A stretch of DNA of 58,331 nucleotides, counting the filler, from Sphacelaria rigidula (Eukaryota), in assembly GCA_964200075.2 (NCBI GenBank). It is 5 parts of 5 records of this genome, joined end to end, with 100 filler letters (N's around TTAATTAATTAA, not from the genome) between each part and the next. Parts side by side here need not be neighbours in the genome. Positions count along the whole stretch, not along the records: positions 11,690 to 23,276 come from CAXNAA020004741.1; positions 23,377 to 34,961 come from CAXNAA020004742.1; 3 more parts are not named here. One strand, written 5' to 3'. The position numbers were made by a program, and so were the translations under genes. This document shows positions 11,832 through 24,462 of this stretch, in pieces (position 1 is the first letter of the stretch; each line of letters opens with the position of its first letter). The notes below the pieces were generated by a model, which was given only the letters and a program-made list of their open reading frames with translations, had not been told where the DNA came from and searched no databases.

Positions 11832-14800
11832 CTGGTCCTTTCGCGTGAGGTAAAAATCGTCGATCGACAGCACGGCGCACGGATGCCCGGCCTTCTCCAG
11901 CATCCTCCGCATTTCCTCCACCAGGGTAGTCTTTCCGCACCCCTGAGGGGCACTAATCGCTACAATAAGGGGGCCGCTTCCTTTCCTGTGTATCGTATAA
12001 TAGTGATGTCGTGCACATCGAGCGACGGTGTAGCAAACATCAGTATCGTAATGTGAATACATACTTTAGTGAAAAAAAAAAGGAAAAAAATGAGAGAAGA
12101 AATTGAACTCGTGATACAGAGTACAAGAGTAGCGGCCCGCTGATATAAATAAGAAACTGAAAATCGAGCTTAGCGTGAGTTTTCTCCTCTAATGTAAAGG
12201 CCTACTACTGTTGTAATGGACCTAGTGTCGAAAGGCATGCTGTACCTTACACAGGAATCCTTTGCACACGTCCACCTACCGTGCTATATATCGTAGTATG
12301 TACCGTCAACCACCGGTATCGAGAGTCTTCCGTGTGGCGTATGCATGTAGGGCTTCCGAGTGGTGCTATGGTGGGAGTGCACAAATGTTTTTCGGGGGTT
12401 CGAATTGCTAAGAGGCACTCTATCTCATCCAAAAAACGACTGACGGAATATATGAGAGCAGGCCACGATTGGCATTCCACTGTGGTGGGGATATCCCGAA
12501 TGGATTTTGAAATCGGGAATATCCTGACGCGTATCCTTGTGTAGCTCTCAACTTGAGGAGCACCTGATTGAGAACGATGTGGGCCCCAGCGTGCAGCCTC
12601 TACCGTAGCATGACTCATACCACGTAGTACTGTAGGGTGCTGTGTCGTGCACAACACAACGGTAGAGCATACCAGACCATGTAGGTCCGGGCTACTTGCA
12701 GGCACAATACTGCTCAAACATGCTCAGGATAGGGTACAGCTCGTGTACGGGTAATTTGACGTGATGATACTCTAAGAGCTCTGGAATACGCGGTAGTTTC
12801 GGTGGTCAATACTCCAGGTACTCTGGCATGCCCAGTATCCTTCTCGACAGTCGATACCCCACGTACTCTGGAGTACCTAGTACTTTCGGTCGACGTTACT
12901 GCAGCTACTCTGGAATTCCAGAGGGAGGGGGGGGGGGTCTTTGTTTTCGTTATGATCATTATTTGTATGTACCTATATATTAATTTATTTTCCAAGTCTA
13001 CCCTGTCTGTTCCACCCCCATGTTTTTTTCACTTTCCTTTAGCGAGTGTTTTACTTCTTGTTTTCATCTCGAGGAAGTCTATCATGTGGATAATGACCAC
13101 GGCTGGATTATGACTACCTGGACGATCGGTTTAAGTGCGACCATCAAACAAATCAATCAATCAATCCATCGAATCTGGACTACTTAGTATTTTCGGCAGT
13201 CGAAACTCGAGGTACTCTGAAATACTTGGTATTTTCGGCTGTCGCCTCATGCAGATACTCCGCAACACCTACTTTCACGGCACTCGATGCTCTGTGCTTG
13301 TGGGTACTCTGGAATCCCCAGCAATTTCGCCGGTCGATACTCTCGGTATTCTAGGCTACCAAGTGCTTCGCTGGCGTCAATACTTGGTAATAGGTAGTCC
13401 AAGATACTCAATATCTTCCGCGGTCGTCCATCTCCAGGTGCCAAGTGCCCAGCGTACTCAATAACGTTCCACAAGGTATGCAGCACGCACAGGGTTTGCT
13501 GCTGTGCTGCTGCTGCTCCATTGCTGCCCATGTACCTGCTCGGTCTGAAGCACTCTCTACTTCCACTACGAGAATTCCGGGGGGGTTTTCAAGCCAACAC
13601 TTCCAACCCTCCACTTCCTCGGGTTGAGTCCGTGATCTCAAGGGATCAATAAACTCATTATCTTCCCCGATCCGCGCTTGCATTTTTGCCTCGCGGGTCG
13701 GATCCGCACCCCCCCGCACCGCGTCAACGCTCACCAAACAGAACTCACTCACACTCTTGTTTCGTCTACTCGGGGGGGTCCTGACGCCGCCAACTGCAGG
13801 AATTAGATACTTGCGAAAAAAACAAACAAAGCACGTGTGTCAGGTGTCGAATTTGCGTCTTCTTCACCCTATTGCTGCCAGTTGGACCAAAAGACCAGCG
13901 GGGCGCGGGCGAATTTACCATGTACTGGATACATGCTGCGGTCTGCACGACCTCGTACCACGTCACGTCACCACACGCTGTACTGTACTACCGAACTTCG
14001 GATTCGTGGATGCCATGATACTTGGGGGGAAGTCTGGAGTTCGGCGCGGGTTCCATCGATTGTCGAAGTATCCGCACTTGAGATTATACCGCACGCTGCA
14101 TCTGTCCTGAAGAGAGACCACCTTTGCGTGTGTCGCCGTTTACGAGACGTCACCGCACGGTACCCTACCCAGTGTTGTGTTGTTCGTGTGTTGCCGTCCA
14201 ATTTACCCTGGACGCCGGTCTACACCTTTCGGTATATGTACGCGCACCAGCCGGGGTCACACAGGAGTAGGGACAACACAGGGTTTTATCGTCTTTTCTC
14301 GTTGTTTTAGTTCTCCACCTTTCTAAGGTGCTTGCCTTGATTTTTTTATCGCGAGAGGGGTTCAGCGGTCCATTCCCCTCGTCGACTGTTGGGTCGAATT
14401 TTGTGTACCCACGACATGGTCGCTCTCCATTGTTGTTGGGCATTGTGTGAGAACAAATCCCGCATCACTCCGAGATTCGAACCCACGACCCAACCGTCAG
14501 AGGGTTTCGAGGTTACCAACTGAGCCATCGGGGCGACCGGCACCCAGTACAGGTAGTTTTCCAGTATTTGGGGGATGGGTGCTTCACATATTCCCGTAAT
14601 ACTCGGTATTACGGCACTCGATACTCTGGATACCCGACCTGGAATACCTAGTATTTGTGGCAGCTGATGTCCTGAGTACTCTCTGAAATACCCGGCATTT
14701 TCGGCAGTCAACACTTCCAGGTACTCTGAAATGCTCAGTACCCAGAGGACCCAACACTCGACGTGCTCTGGAATACTCGGTGCCTTTGGCGGTCGATATT

Positions 14801-15286
14801 TCAGGATTTTGAAATACCCAGTATTTTCGGCCGTCGATACTCACTTCCTCTGGCACACTGAGTACTATCAATACTCTGCATACCTAGAGTGTACCCGGAG
14901 TACAGTGTCGTTGTCATTCCCAACTGAGCATCTTTTTGTAAATAGTAGTATTCTCCGATACTTGTGTTGCGTCAGTACCAAATGATGAGCGTACACGTGC
15001 ATTTAAAGCGCACAAAGACCATCGCCTGATTTCACCCTGAGAGTTTGTGTGCGTGTTTTTGTATTATCCTTCCGTTTGTTGCCACAACCACGCTTATCTA
15101 CCTGGAGCAGTCTCCTCCTTCGCGGAGGAGGTCCTTGAGCCAGAAAAACACCGGCAGATATAGCCGGAAGACGCGCTTGTGCTCGGGTTCGGTGGCATTC
15201 GATGGGTCGATACCCAGGGAATCCGCGAGGTCTCCCGAGGCTGCTAACCAGTCTTCTTCGCTCTTCTCCGACCCTGCGGATGCCAT
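11832..15286 (-). CDS. GLYK: D-glycerate 3-kinase (GLYK/Tda10-type P-loop kinase), 3'-partial. Exons 15286-15102 and 11985-11832
   Basis: Exon 1 has an acaATGG start and reads MASAGSEK...RVFRLYLPVFFWL. A phase-2 GT donor joins an AG acceptor giving R-KGSGPLIVAISAPQGCGKTTL (Walker A)...VLSIDDFYLTRKDQ|GT, motifs typical of plant/algal GLYK. The rest of the gene is lost at the contig end. Confidence 0.88.
12935..13170 (+). mobile_element. 5'-truncated non-LTR (RTE-like) 3' end in the GLYK intron
   Basis: T-rich body followed by TGACCACGGCTGG...GTGCGACCATCAAACAAATCAATCAATCAATC tail; similar to 17340-17520 and 23030-23092. Confidence 0.65.
14174..14541 (-). mobile_element. Full-length tRNA-derived SINE with 7-bp TSD
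   Basis: Minus-strand head GCCGGTCGCCCCGATGGCTCAGTTGG (A box)...GGTTCGAATC (B box), a non-tRNA body and an (AC/AAC)-rich tail. Flanked by ACCCAGT at 14167-14173 and 14542-14548. Confidence 0.85.
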
Positions 15287-17324
15287 TGTCGTGAATGTTT
15301 TTTGTGCTTTTTGTGGTTATTGTTGTCGTCGCCGTTGTCTTCAGTTTTTCCTCTTCAAGTGAAAAATAGGCAATGGTTATTGTCGCCTGTTGTCCCACAC
15401 GATATTATGTGATAACACAAGCGCATTGCAGCCAGCGAGCACATGAACTACAGTAGTTCGAAAATCCTACTTTCACTTCTCGCGGGAGGAGCGAAACATT
15501 GACAATTTTCTGCATCTCTTCATCTCCCCCCCCTCCCGGTAACAGCGACTACCGCACTTCCATTATGGAGTAATGGATCATCCGGGATAATAACAGACAC
15601 TATGAAATCCAAACTTGATTTCCTCGCAAACTGCAAAATTGAGGACACGCTGCCGAACTGATCGTCTCGTGGAAAACATCTCATCTATATGTTATGGATG
15701 GAAGTTCAGGGCCACATTCACAGAAAAAAAAACGATTATTCATTTTTACACAGTTTGTTTTCCTTCGCCCCGGGTGCTTGAAAGTGAAAGCTCCGTAAAA
15801 ACACCTGTGGTACTCTCGGGGGGTGTCGTTGCGTCATCACCCAATGTCGCAAAACGCACATCAGGAATCCCTGGGTCTGCAAAATGCAGGCAATCGAAAC
15901 CACATCCTGAACAAGACACTTCATTGTAAAAAATGTGCTGCGTACAGTATGGAACACATTATGTGTTGAAATAGGCGCGATAGTCGATACTGTACGCAGT
16001 GCACTTTCTGACAGTATATTATATTGCCATCATCCAGGATGTGATTCAAACATTGAATGGCTACAGTTTATGCATGTGAAAAGGGGGGCTGTCTGATCAT
16101 GGATTGTTCGTCGCATACAGCACGGCGTACACAAAATGGTTCTATCGTGAAGACCAGCTGTCCTCCCTTCCCACCGCGTTCTGGATCATCTCTGTGCACC
16201 TTTCAGGGAATACGCACGCACGCTCGTCAATCATGTGGAACTGCGTGAGAATATCTGCTACGGGACATGTACAGACCGTCAGGACATACAGGCTCCACTG
16301 TAGTCGAGTGTGGGTCGAGTGGTTCTTGTTTTGCGGTGCGAATGGATTTCTCTGATAAAAGACTCATCAAGGGTAGATGAAATCCACACACATCGACTGA
16401 AGGACGGAGTGTTCTCTTCGGCAACTCATAGAGTTTCCGCCACGAGTTCTGTGGGTCGGAGCGAAAAACCGTGGGAAGTCCATGGACCGTTACTCTCAAC
16501 AACCGTACATAGTTGTGGGATGCACATCCTGTTGTGGGCGTGAACCCACATGAAATGCACCGAAGGTGGCCACGGTGGGATCCCTCACCCAAGGTTCTTT
16601 GGTTTTCCAGAATATTTGCAGTACTGAGTACTGCAAAGAACCCTGGAGTGTCTTCCTCTCGTAGTACTCAGTCTGGGACGGGCAGTACACAGTGTTGTAC
16701 TCGGAGTACACTGGGGTACCTAGAGTACCGTATCCTCCAAGGGTCTTGATATCATAGTACCCGGAGTGCTGAGTACCACACTGAGTACTCTAAAGTTCTT
16801 GTAGTGATAATTTATCCAGGGAATCAAGTACACAAAGTGCCTGGAGTGCACACGTCCCAGTACTACACCAAACGATGGAACCTGTGCTGCGTACACGGGT
16901 AAATAGGTGGATGGTGTTACACACGGTAAATACCACGTGCGGTGGAAGCCATACCGCAAAATCCTTGGCGGCATGCTCCACGCGAGAGAGACCACACTAG
17001 GTTCACCTTCATCAGCAACTTCAATGGCACGCAAATCGCTTGCAGACCGCAGTTCATGGCCAGTGTAGGGGATAGCACCCAGCAGTCGGTGGTACCCAGC
17101 ACGCACTGTGTACAGTGATGATAAAATGAATGCCGTGTCCATGCTACGCGTATTTTAGGGCTCAAAGTTCAACACGCAACGATGTTCAGTGTATTCATCC
17201 GTTTTTTATATAATTCCCATCATTGGAGCTACGTATTATAACATCATTACTTTTTTCTCGATGGGGTATGAATGCGTGTGCTGTTGCGCGAGATCTTGTC
17301 CACCTAAAGCCATGTATGTTGCAG

Positions 17325-17520
17325 AGGCCGGCGACTTGATAGTTTTTTCGTCCCTGTATTTATATTTGTTTTTCAGTATACTCTTCGAGTCTGTTCCACC
17401 TTCATGTTTTCTTCATGTTCTTTCAACGAGTGTCTTCATTTCATCTTATCTCGGGTGCGTCTATCATGTGACCTCGGCTGAATCCACGGGGGAATCAGTT
17501 AATGCGCGACAATCAATAAA
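17325..17520 (+). mobile_element. 5'-truncated non-LTR 3' end
   Basis: TCTGTTCCACC..CATGTTTT is shared with 13005-13025; ends GTGACCTCGGCTG...CAGTTAATGCGCGACAATCAAT. Confidence 0.6.
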
Positions 17521-17835
17521 ATTAAAAGTAAAAAGCAAGGGGTATTATGCACGCAACGTTGTGTGCGTACTGCTCACTACATTCACTGTTATTAGTGCCC
17601 TCGCATCACAGACAGTGTGGCTCCAGTAATGCTTACGTGAGTCTCCCCAGACAGAGAACGGACCCGCCAAAAGTACTGGGGTATGACGTCGCTCAAACCA
17701 AAAGGCCCCACAGACCTGTTTTTTTTTCAAGCATCGCGAGTATTTATCTGCCGCAAATGGTGAGCATTGCTGGATTATGTTGAGGAGTTTAGTAGCACAA
17801 CACTCGTATCCTCGAGCACCTGGAGTACAGTATAG

Positions 17836-18160
17836 ATGGCGCCCGGATTCAAACATTTTTCCCTAGTCAAGAACTTGAGGCTCGTCTTTCCCCGATGGGA
17901 TTTTTCGCGCAAGAAATTCGCCGCATACAAAAATTCGACTTACAGACTTGAAGATCGACGAGGGAAAGGGGCCGCTGAACCCCTCTCGCGATACAAAATC
18001 AAGGCAAGCACCGCAGAAGGAAGGTGGAGTACTACAAACAAAAAAATAAGAAGAAATTCCTGTGTTGACCTTCCTCCTGTGTGACCCCGGCTGGTGCGCC
18101 CACATAAACCGGGAGGTGTAGACGGGCGTCCAGATTAAATGGGATGGCAACACACACATT
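17836..18160 (+). mobile_element. SINE copy lacking most of the tRNA head
   Basis: CGACGAGGGAAAGGGGCCGCTGAACCCCTCTCGCGATACAAAATCAAGGCAAGCACC...GTGTGACCCCGGCTGGTGCGCCCACATA...CAACACACACA is the reverse complement of the body of the 14174-14541 SINE. Confidence 0.8.
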
Positions 18161-20394
18161 GGGTAACAAGATGAGACACGAGGTCGCCGCTAAGCGTGGC
18201 ATGGAATACTGAGTAGCCGGGAATCTGGGGCCAAGGTGACATGTTGGGGGCTGAAAGCTCAGAGTGAAAAATTGTGGCAACGGTTTTCTTGCTGAGACTG
18301 GCCACACATGAATGACGAAGGAGGAACAACAGACAGTGTCACAGCTCTTTGAGGAAGTGTGAGTCTGAGCGGGGTACCGTGCTCCACCGTATATACGCAG
18401 TACACACGATTACGCTTTCCATCGTCTCGCTGAACGGCTCCACAAGGTTTGACAGCCGAAAAGATCAGAAATCGATTACTTCAAAATCAACGCGAAGCGT
18501 GACTTGCGCGCCAAGTATGGACGCAGCCGTGAAAACAAGAAATAAGAACCGGGAACTATAGCGTGATGACGCCCATAGAAACAGAGGAACTGCGTTTCAA
18601 GCGATGCACTTGGTGCGGGACCGGACACGAAAAAAGTGAGCCTCGAGGCGAAATTGATGCTGTCAGCTGCGGGCGGAGTCTGTACTTGCCCCCCTCAAAT
18701 ACACGGTATTATGTTGGGATGTGAAGAGGTTATTCCTCGACAGACACTTGTCGGAATTCTCGCCTTCCATGCGGTGGTTCCCACATCGCCTCCCCCTTTC
18801 ATTAGCGTCTTCTTTCGTCTTTTCAACGAGGAGAGGTTTGTAGGAGTAACCTTTTTTCACCAGCAAACGGCGAGGACGTACACCATCTTCCACATATCGT
18901 CAACGTGTGCTGGGTCCCCAAGCCAACAACCTCTACTCAAGATTTTACGGTGGGTTTCTGAACACTGCTTTGAAGTTATCCTCTACAGTTGTGTGATCCT
19001 CCACCAGTCTTCACGACTTTTTTGTCCCGACTTGACTTCAAGACGCTTTTTGGAAGGACCCGGAATTCGAACCTGATACCTACTGTTCATGAAGCATATG
19101 TGCTATCTCATGGTGTCGCCAATGTGCGAAGGTGATCCCTCGACGGACACTACAGTAGTGGCGATTTTTCCTTTCCATGTGGTGGTTCTCAAAGAGAGAA
19201 CGAACCCCAGTACAACACACTACCAAGTTTTTCAGAGTTCCTGGAATATCGGATCTTCGAAGGACTGGGTCAATGAGAGCACCTGGAGTCCCCACCTTGA
19301 AAAATACCCAGTCTGATTCTGAAATACCCGGTCTGGTACTAGCAGCACTCAGCTCGATACTGGGTACTCTGGAGTACCTGAAGTATTCAAGTCATTTCAA
19401 CCATTGAGGGCGTACCTGAATTTCTTACCTCCTGAACATACCCGGTCTAGTGTCGGGAGTGCTCACTACAGTGCAGTACTGAGTGTATTGAGTACTTCAG
19501 AGTACCTCGAGCATCGGCTGCCGAAAGCACAGAGTGCTCCGGAATACATGGAGTATTGACACCCAGAAATAAATTATGATCGCTTTACCCTACGCTACCC
19601 TACTCCGTCACCATCGGGCCATCATTAACGGGTTTGATTCTTCATACTTTTCACCCATTTTCGGAGAATTTCAGACACTTGAAGGAAAAAAAAACGCAGA
19701 AATAAATCCCAACGCTAATTTTTCCGAGTATTATGTTGTCAGACTTACACTTGACTTGTTCAATTCTTTAACCTGGATGAGAAATCTGCTGTCACATTTT
19801 TGGGAGAGGTGGTATTTTTTCTCCCGGAAACAGTCCAAAACGTTTGAAAAACAATCAGGCCCGTTAATAATGGCCCTTATAATAGAAGCGTATCCCATCA
19901 GCTCCTCCAGAGCATGACCGTACCCGTAACCATTAAAACCTAGGGGTAGAGTGCCTTGCAAGGGTGCGAAAAATATTCCGATGGTTGGCCCTTCCTTTCC
20001 GGAAATGATATGTAGAAATGCTTCGTGTGATTAGGGTACTGTTAGAGGTGACTGAATATCGAACTACACGAAGATAAATACATCGAATTCCATTTTTTGC
20101 CGGGGGAAAGGCGCGGCCACGACGCCGAAAATTTGTACCATCTTGCCCGACATCTGTCGACCAAAATTAGTTGCAGATATTTATCCGGAAACAGTAAAGA
20201 GTTCTGTGGATTCTCGAGAAAATGAGGTTGTTATGAAACATTTGACATGTCAAAAACAAAAAAAAGTGTACGAGATTGTACGAGTACAGAAAAAAAAAAT
20301 AACATCTGGCAGTCGTGCGGCAATGCAGGTAATTGAAAGATGTGTTAGGCCGTAGTTGAAAGATGTGTTGGACCACTTCTTTCAAGCCCCGAAG

Positions 20395-20830
20395 AAAAAA
20401 TGTTGTTGATAAGTGCCTTTTTGGCTCTTCTCTGTCGTTTTTCGCCCGAAAAGAGGGCTAGGCGAATGTTGACACCTTGGAATGACTTGCTGTACTCGTT
20501 GAGACTATTGTTCCAGTTCACCTCTGCGTTTTCTGCACTCCTAGCTCACAGTTTTGTTTTGGCCAAAATTGCATCTTCAATAACAAACGGTCAAGTTATA
20601 TGAAAAAAAAGGGGAAGCAGCCAGTTTTTTTTTCATAAGTTGACCGTTCGTTGTTGAAAATGCAAGTTCGGCCAAACACATTACTGTGATCGATGGAAAA
20701 TGCCAAGTTGCCGTGGAACGGTCTCAACGAGTAGAGCAAGTTATTCCAAGGTGTCAACGTCCGTTAAACCCTCTTTCCGGGCCAAAAACTACGGAGAAGG
20801 GCCAAAATGGCACTTTTCAACAAGATTTTT
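20395..20830. repeat. Imperfect ~435-bp palindrome (fold-back/MITE-like)
   Basis: Arms of about 210 bp (e.g. TGTTGACACCTTGGAATGACTTGCTGTACTCGTTGAGAC versus GTCTCAACGAGTAGAGCAAGTTATTCCAAGGTGTCAACG) around a ~14-nt loop at ~20611-20624. Confidence 0.8.
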
Positions 20831-20872
20831 CTCGACACAAGAGAAGTGGCGTTTTACTAGGGTCGTCATTAG

Positions 20873-21743
20873 CCCTTAGACAGCGACCCCCCGCTGGTAG
20901 ACTGAGATAGACACTCCACTTTTTGGGTTCAGAATATTTCCTTTGTCACAACTCAATACGCCTACTCTACGGCGGAAGGGGCCGGGAGTGCATAAGAGGC
21001 ACATGGTTCTGAGAGTCATAACACAGACGGTGGTGTGGTTGTCGACCACGTCATTATTACGCCTCATATTTTTGCTGTGCAGTCTGCAGTTCGTGTGCGG
21101 CTGCACGTGCGGTCTGCAGCCTACTGGATCTTACAGTGTTGAATATGCCGAGTGTACGCAGCGTGCGTTTGGGTATCGGACCATGACTACCGCCGCGAAC
21201 GCCACTGACTACCGTAGAGCAAATGCTAGGCGATGGTGGTCGCCTCACCATCGAAGTACTTTTTTACATCAACGTGCGTAGGATACTCGTGGCCGTCGCT
21301 CGCGTGTTGCGCCATGACGTTTCATACCAGATGGAGGTGTGGAGCTAGTAGGACGCTTATGCAGTACTAAACAGACAGGCACAGTGTATCGAAGATGCTC
21401 AAACACCTGCTTTTTGGCCATATAATATATGGTTGATTTGGAATGATCAAAATGAGATTTGAGGGTAGACGGCTAATGTGTCCACCAGATGTCTACATCT
21501 ACCGGAACAAGAGTGCTCATTCTGACGACCGTGATTGGTCAGAATGGTCATCCCGCGCCACTCGTGCCTCGTGCAAAGCTCGTAATTTTCCGCGAGAAAC
21601 TTCCAAACACACATGGTTGAGTCCGTGAGCTTCTCCGATGCTGCGCGGAGAGACCCCCCCCCCCCCGAGCCCTGGAAACCCCCGGATGTCTCGGGACTGT
21701 CAGCCTGTACAACTGTTCTGAGGCGACGCTCGTCGTCCAAGGG
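20873..21743. mobile_element. Possible piggyBac-like non-autonomous element
   Basis: TTAG|CCCTTAGAC ... GTCCAAGGG|TTAA: CCC/GGG termini with a TTAA-like target site; non-coding interior. Confidence 0.4.
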
Positions 21744-21849
21744 TTAACAGGGCTGTTTTTTTTCAGACTTTCCCACTTCTTCGGGTGAAAAAAACCTGCC
21801 CGAGAAGTGTGACAGCAGATTTCTCGACCAGGTGAAGAAATAAAACAAT

Positions 21850-23092
21850 TCGAGAACAAGACAGAGTCCATGGGCCTTTGGTCAGTACCCAGTCCCACGG
21901 AGGCCGCCCTGGATATCAAAGCTGCTGGTCAACGGTATGAGCAGACGGGGAAGTTCATCTACCTTGGTGGAGCTATCAGCGCGGGTGCGAAATTGTCCAT
22001 CGAAATCAACCGCCGTACCAGCGCGGCGTGGGCGCGTATCCGAAAATATAGCTCCCAACTCTACGACCGACCCGACGCCGAGCTATCCTTGAAAGTTCGG
22101 CTGCTCAGGCGGAGGTGGTGGAAGCTCTGTTGTATGGGTGTGCCACAGGGACACCACGTTCTGAGGACCTCGACAATCTGCCCACTGGCAATCAGAAGCT
22201 CTTGCTGCGAGTGGTTGGATCCCGCAGGAAAGATCGAAATGGCTACAAGACTCTATCGTACAGAGCGGTGCTCGAGATGACCAACTGCGAACATACCGAG
22301 ACGACTATTCGCGAACGCCAAATTTGGTTCGCGGGAGCCCTTGTCCGGCAGAAAGACACACGCCTTCCCAAGCTCGTCATGAACGGTCGGCTTTCCACAC
22401 GAGGACCCGAGGGGGTCGGCCGTCCCCCCAAGCGATGGGAGGATACCCTACAGAAGAAAATACGTGCGCTAGGAGCTGTCCCACGCAAAGGAGCCCGACG
22501 GAAGTGGTTCGTCTATGGCGTAGAGGTTAACGATGGAAACGATTGGGTCACTGCGGCGAAGAACACGGGCAAATGGCATGTTAGAGGCGAAAAGGGAGCG
22601 AAAGAGTTTGAGAACACGTGGCGACGCCCGGACAAGCGAGAATCAGACCGCCTTAACAAGCGAGAGGCTGCTGCGTCGAGGGCCGCCAATCGAAGGATCC
22701 TGTCTGCTCATATCGGTTGTTGCTTACGTCCTCAGTCGGTGGCTCTGCGGTGCCCACTGGTTGTGTATCTGTATCTACTCTGCTGCCCTGAATCCCTTGG
22801 GCTTTTTTTTCTTTTCGTCCTATTATTTTATTTGCTCTTTACTTTCCTCTTTTCCTTTTCTTGTTTTAGGTCGGCCATTTCTTTCTGTGTTTTGCTTTTG
22901 TCGATTTTTTTTTCTCTTTCAACATATTTAGCCTACTGTGTGGTTCTGTTAAAGTTTTTTCTTTCTTTCTGTTCTTTTTTTCTTCAGCGAGTGTGTCAGT
23001 TTTGTTTTCCTTGGGTGCGTCCATCATGAGACCACGGCTGAACCCCTGGGGCGTCAGTTCAAGTGAGACAATCAATCAGAATCAATCAATCA
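21850..23092 (+). mobile_element. 5'-truncated RTE-like LINE: RT C-terminal part (frameshifted), 3' UTR and (ATCA)n tail
   Basis: ENKTESM...YEQTGKFIYLGG...EINRRTSAAWARIRKY...LSLKVRL / VVEALLYGC...RQIWFAGALVRQKDTRLPKLVMNG...GRPPKRWED. Followed by a T-rich UTR and CAATCAATCAGAATCAATCAATC. Confidence 0.88.
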
Positions 23093-23276
23093 AGAACGAC
23101 TTCATACTAATCGGAGAACCTAGTGTTGGATTTTTCATTAGCTTTTTTTCGAGAAGTAGGAAGCTTTCTCGAAAAGTAAAAAAAAAAGCCTGAGAAAAAA
23201 GTCCCGTTAAAAGGCCGGATGTTATGGCACACAGATTTTTGGCCCATGGATTGTTCACTTTTGGGACGTTTGACAC

Positions 23277-23376
23277 NNNNNNNNNNNNNNNNNNNNNNNN
23301 NNNNNNNNNNNNNNNNNNNNTTAATTAATTAANNNNNNNNNNNNNNNNNNNNNNNNNNNNNNNNNNNNNNNNNNNN
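23277..23376. other. Artificial contig linker
   Basis: N-run with TTAATTAATTAA. Confidence 0.97.
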
Positions 23377-24462
23377 TATCGCCATCGACACGCGTGTACA
23401 CCGCATTCGTTGGGTGCACCTAGCTCGAACTGCCCAACTCCTCCTGCGGAGTGTTGGGGGAAAATACCTTCCTTTTGTGTTACTGTTTGGTATTTTCCTA
23501 ACGAAAGCGATTGGCGGGTTGAACCTCACTTTATAGTTCAACCCCAAAAATTAGGATCGGTCATTTTGTTGCGTTTTCAAGCGAGCACTGTCTTGCCGCT
23601 GATGCTCGAAGACGTTTTTTACTCATAACTGCAGGGAATGGGCGTTTTGATTGCTATGTTTCCTCTTCAAAGGGGGTCGTACGTATCTGTAGTTAAGTAT
23701 GTGCACTATCCCTCGATAATAGTTAGAGAGATAACGCGTGTTTTGTGTGACTCCAACGTAGTGCATATATTTTAAATTATATGAAGTTCTGCTCCGTCCC
23801 GGGAGATGAACTTGTCACGGTATATATTCGATCTTAAATCTGCGGCGACCACGCCTCTAAATGTTTACTTCTGGGAAAAGGTCTAATACAAAACTGTCAA
23901 TAACAGTCTGGACTTTCCGTGAATAAGGGGTTTTGCTCATCGCAAGCCTCGAGGCTGCAACGGCTAGTCATCACTTCCAGGGGGGCAATTCCACTTGGTC
24001 ATCTACGGGACTTCTTCCCTCACCGATGTTGGTGTTGTGCGAACAGAAAGGTTTGGTCTACGAAGAAAACAGAACGAGAAGAATTTGTTTCCTGACACTT
24101 CTCCGTTTTTGTTTTGAAGAACTCGATTACCGCGTCGTCCTACGAGGACAAAATGGTGAGTCGATTGATTGGTTGTAGCACATGAAGTGGTCCGCTACGA
24201 ATTCAACCGTCAAGATAGCATAGAGATATCGAATGTGAATTGTCGGAAAAATCTTGCTACAGGAGAAAATGAGAACAGGGTGAACTGCGAACGAAAAACA
24301 CTAAATCGGACAGGAAATATGAGGGGGAACGCAAGATACTCTGTCGACCGGTCTCCGAAAAAAAAGGTTTGAAAAATATAAAGAATAAAAAATTGCTGGC
24401 CTGTCACATGGCTTTAGATATGGGGGCCATACAAGAATAGGACAAAACAGGACAAAACAGAA

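Larger units (their letters stand above)
12720..14990. repeat. Degenerate AGTACT/GTACTC-rich low-complexity repeat tracts (interrupted; similar tracts at ~16600-16870 and ~19200-19570)
   Basis: Dense short motifs GAGTAC, GATACTC, TACTCTGGA and TATTTTCGGC recur with no sustained reading frame. Confidence 0.55.

Noticed and set aside
12281-12544. VGLPSG...GVRIAKR resembling the last ASNSD1 exon
   Set aside because: The true terminal exon (KRAIQFGSRIAQ) is at 9413-9574, and this sequence is on another contig.
13408-13752. 114-aa minus-strand ORF in the GLYK intron as an extra exon
   Set aside because: There is no GLYK similarity, the nearest acceptor gives an in-frame stop, and the flanking exons already join in phase.
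14465-14541. tRNA gene
   Set aside because: It has A and B boxes but is attached to a repeated body, tail and TSD, so it is a SINE head. The head at 52445-52512 is likewise attached to a body and (CA)n tail.
22700-23029. Hydrophobic 'transmembrane' tail of the 304-aa ORF
   Set aside because: It is read-through into the T-rich LINE 3' UTR.
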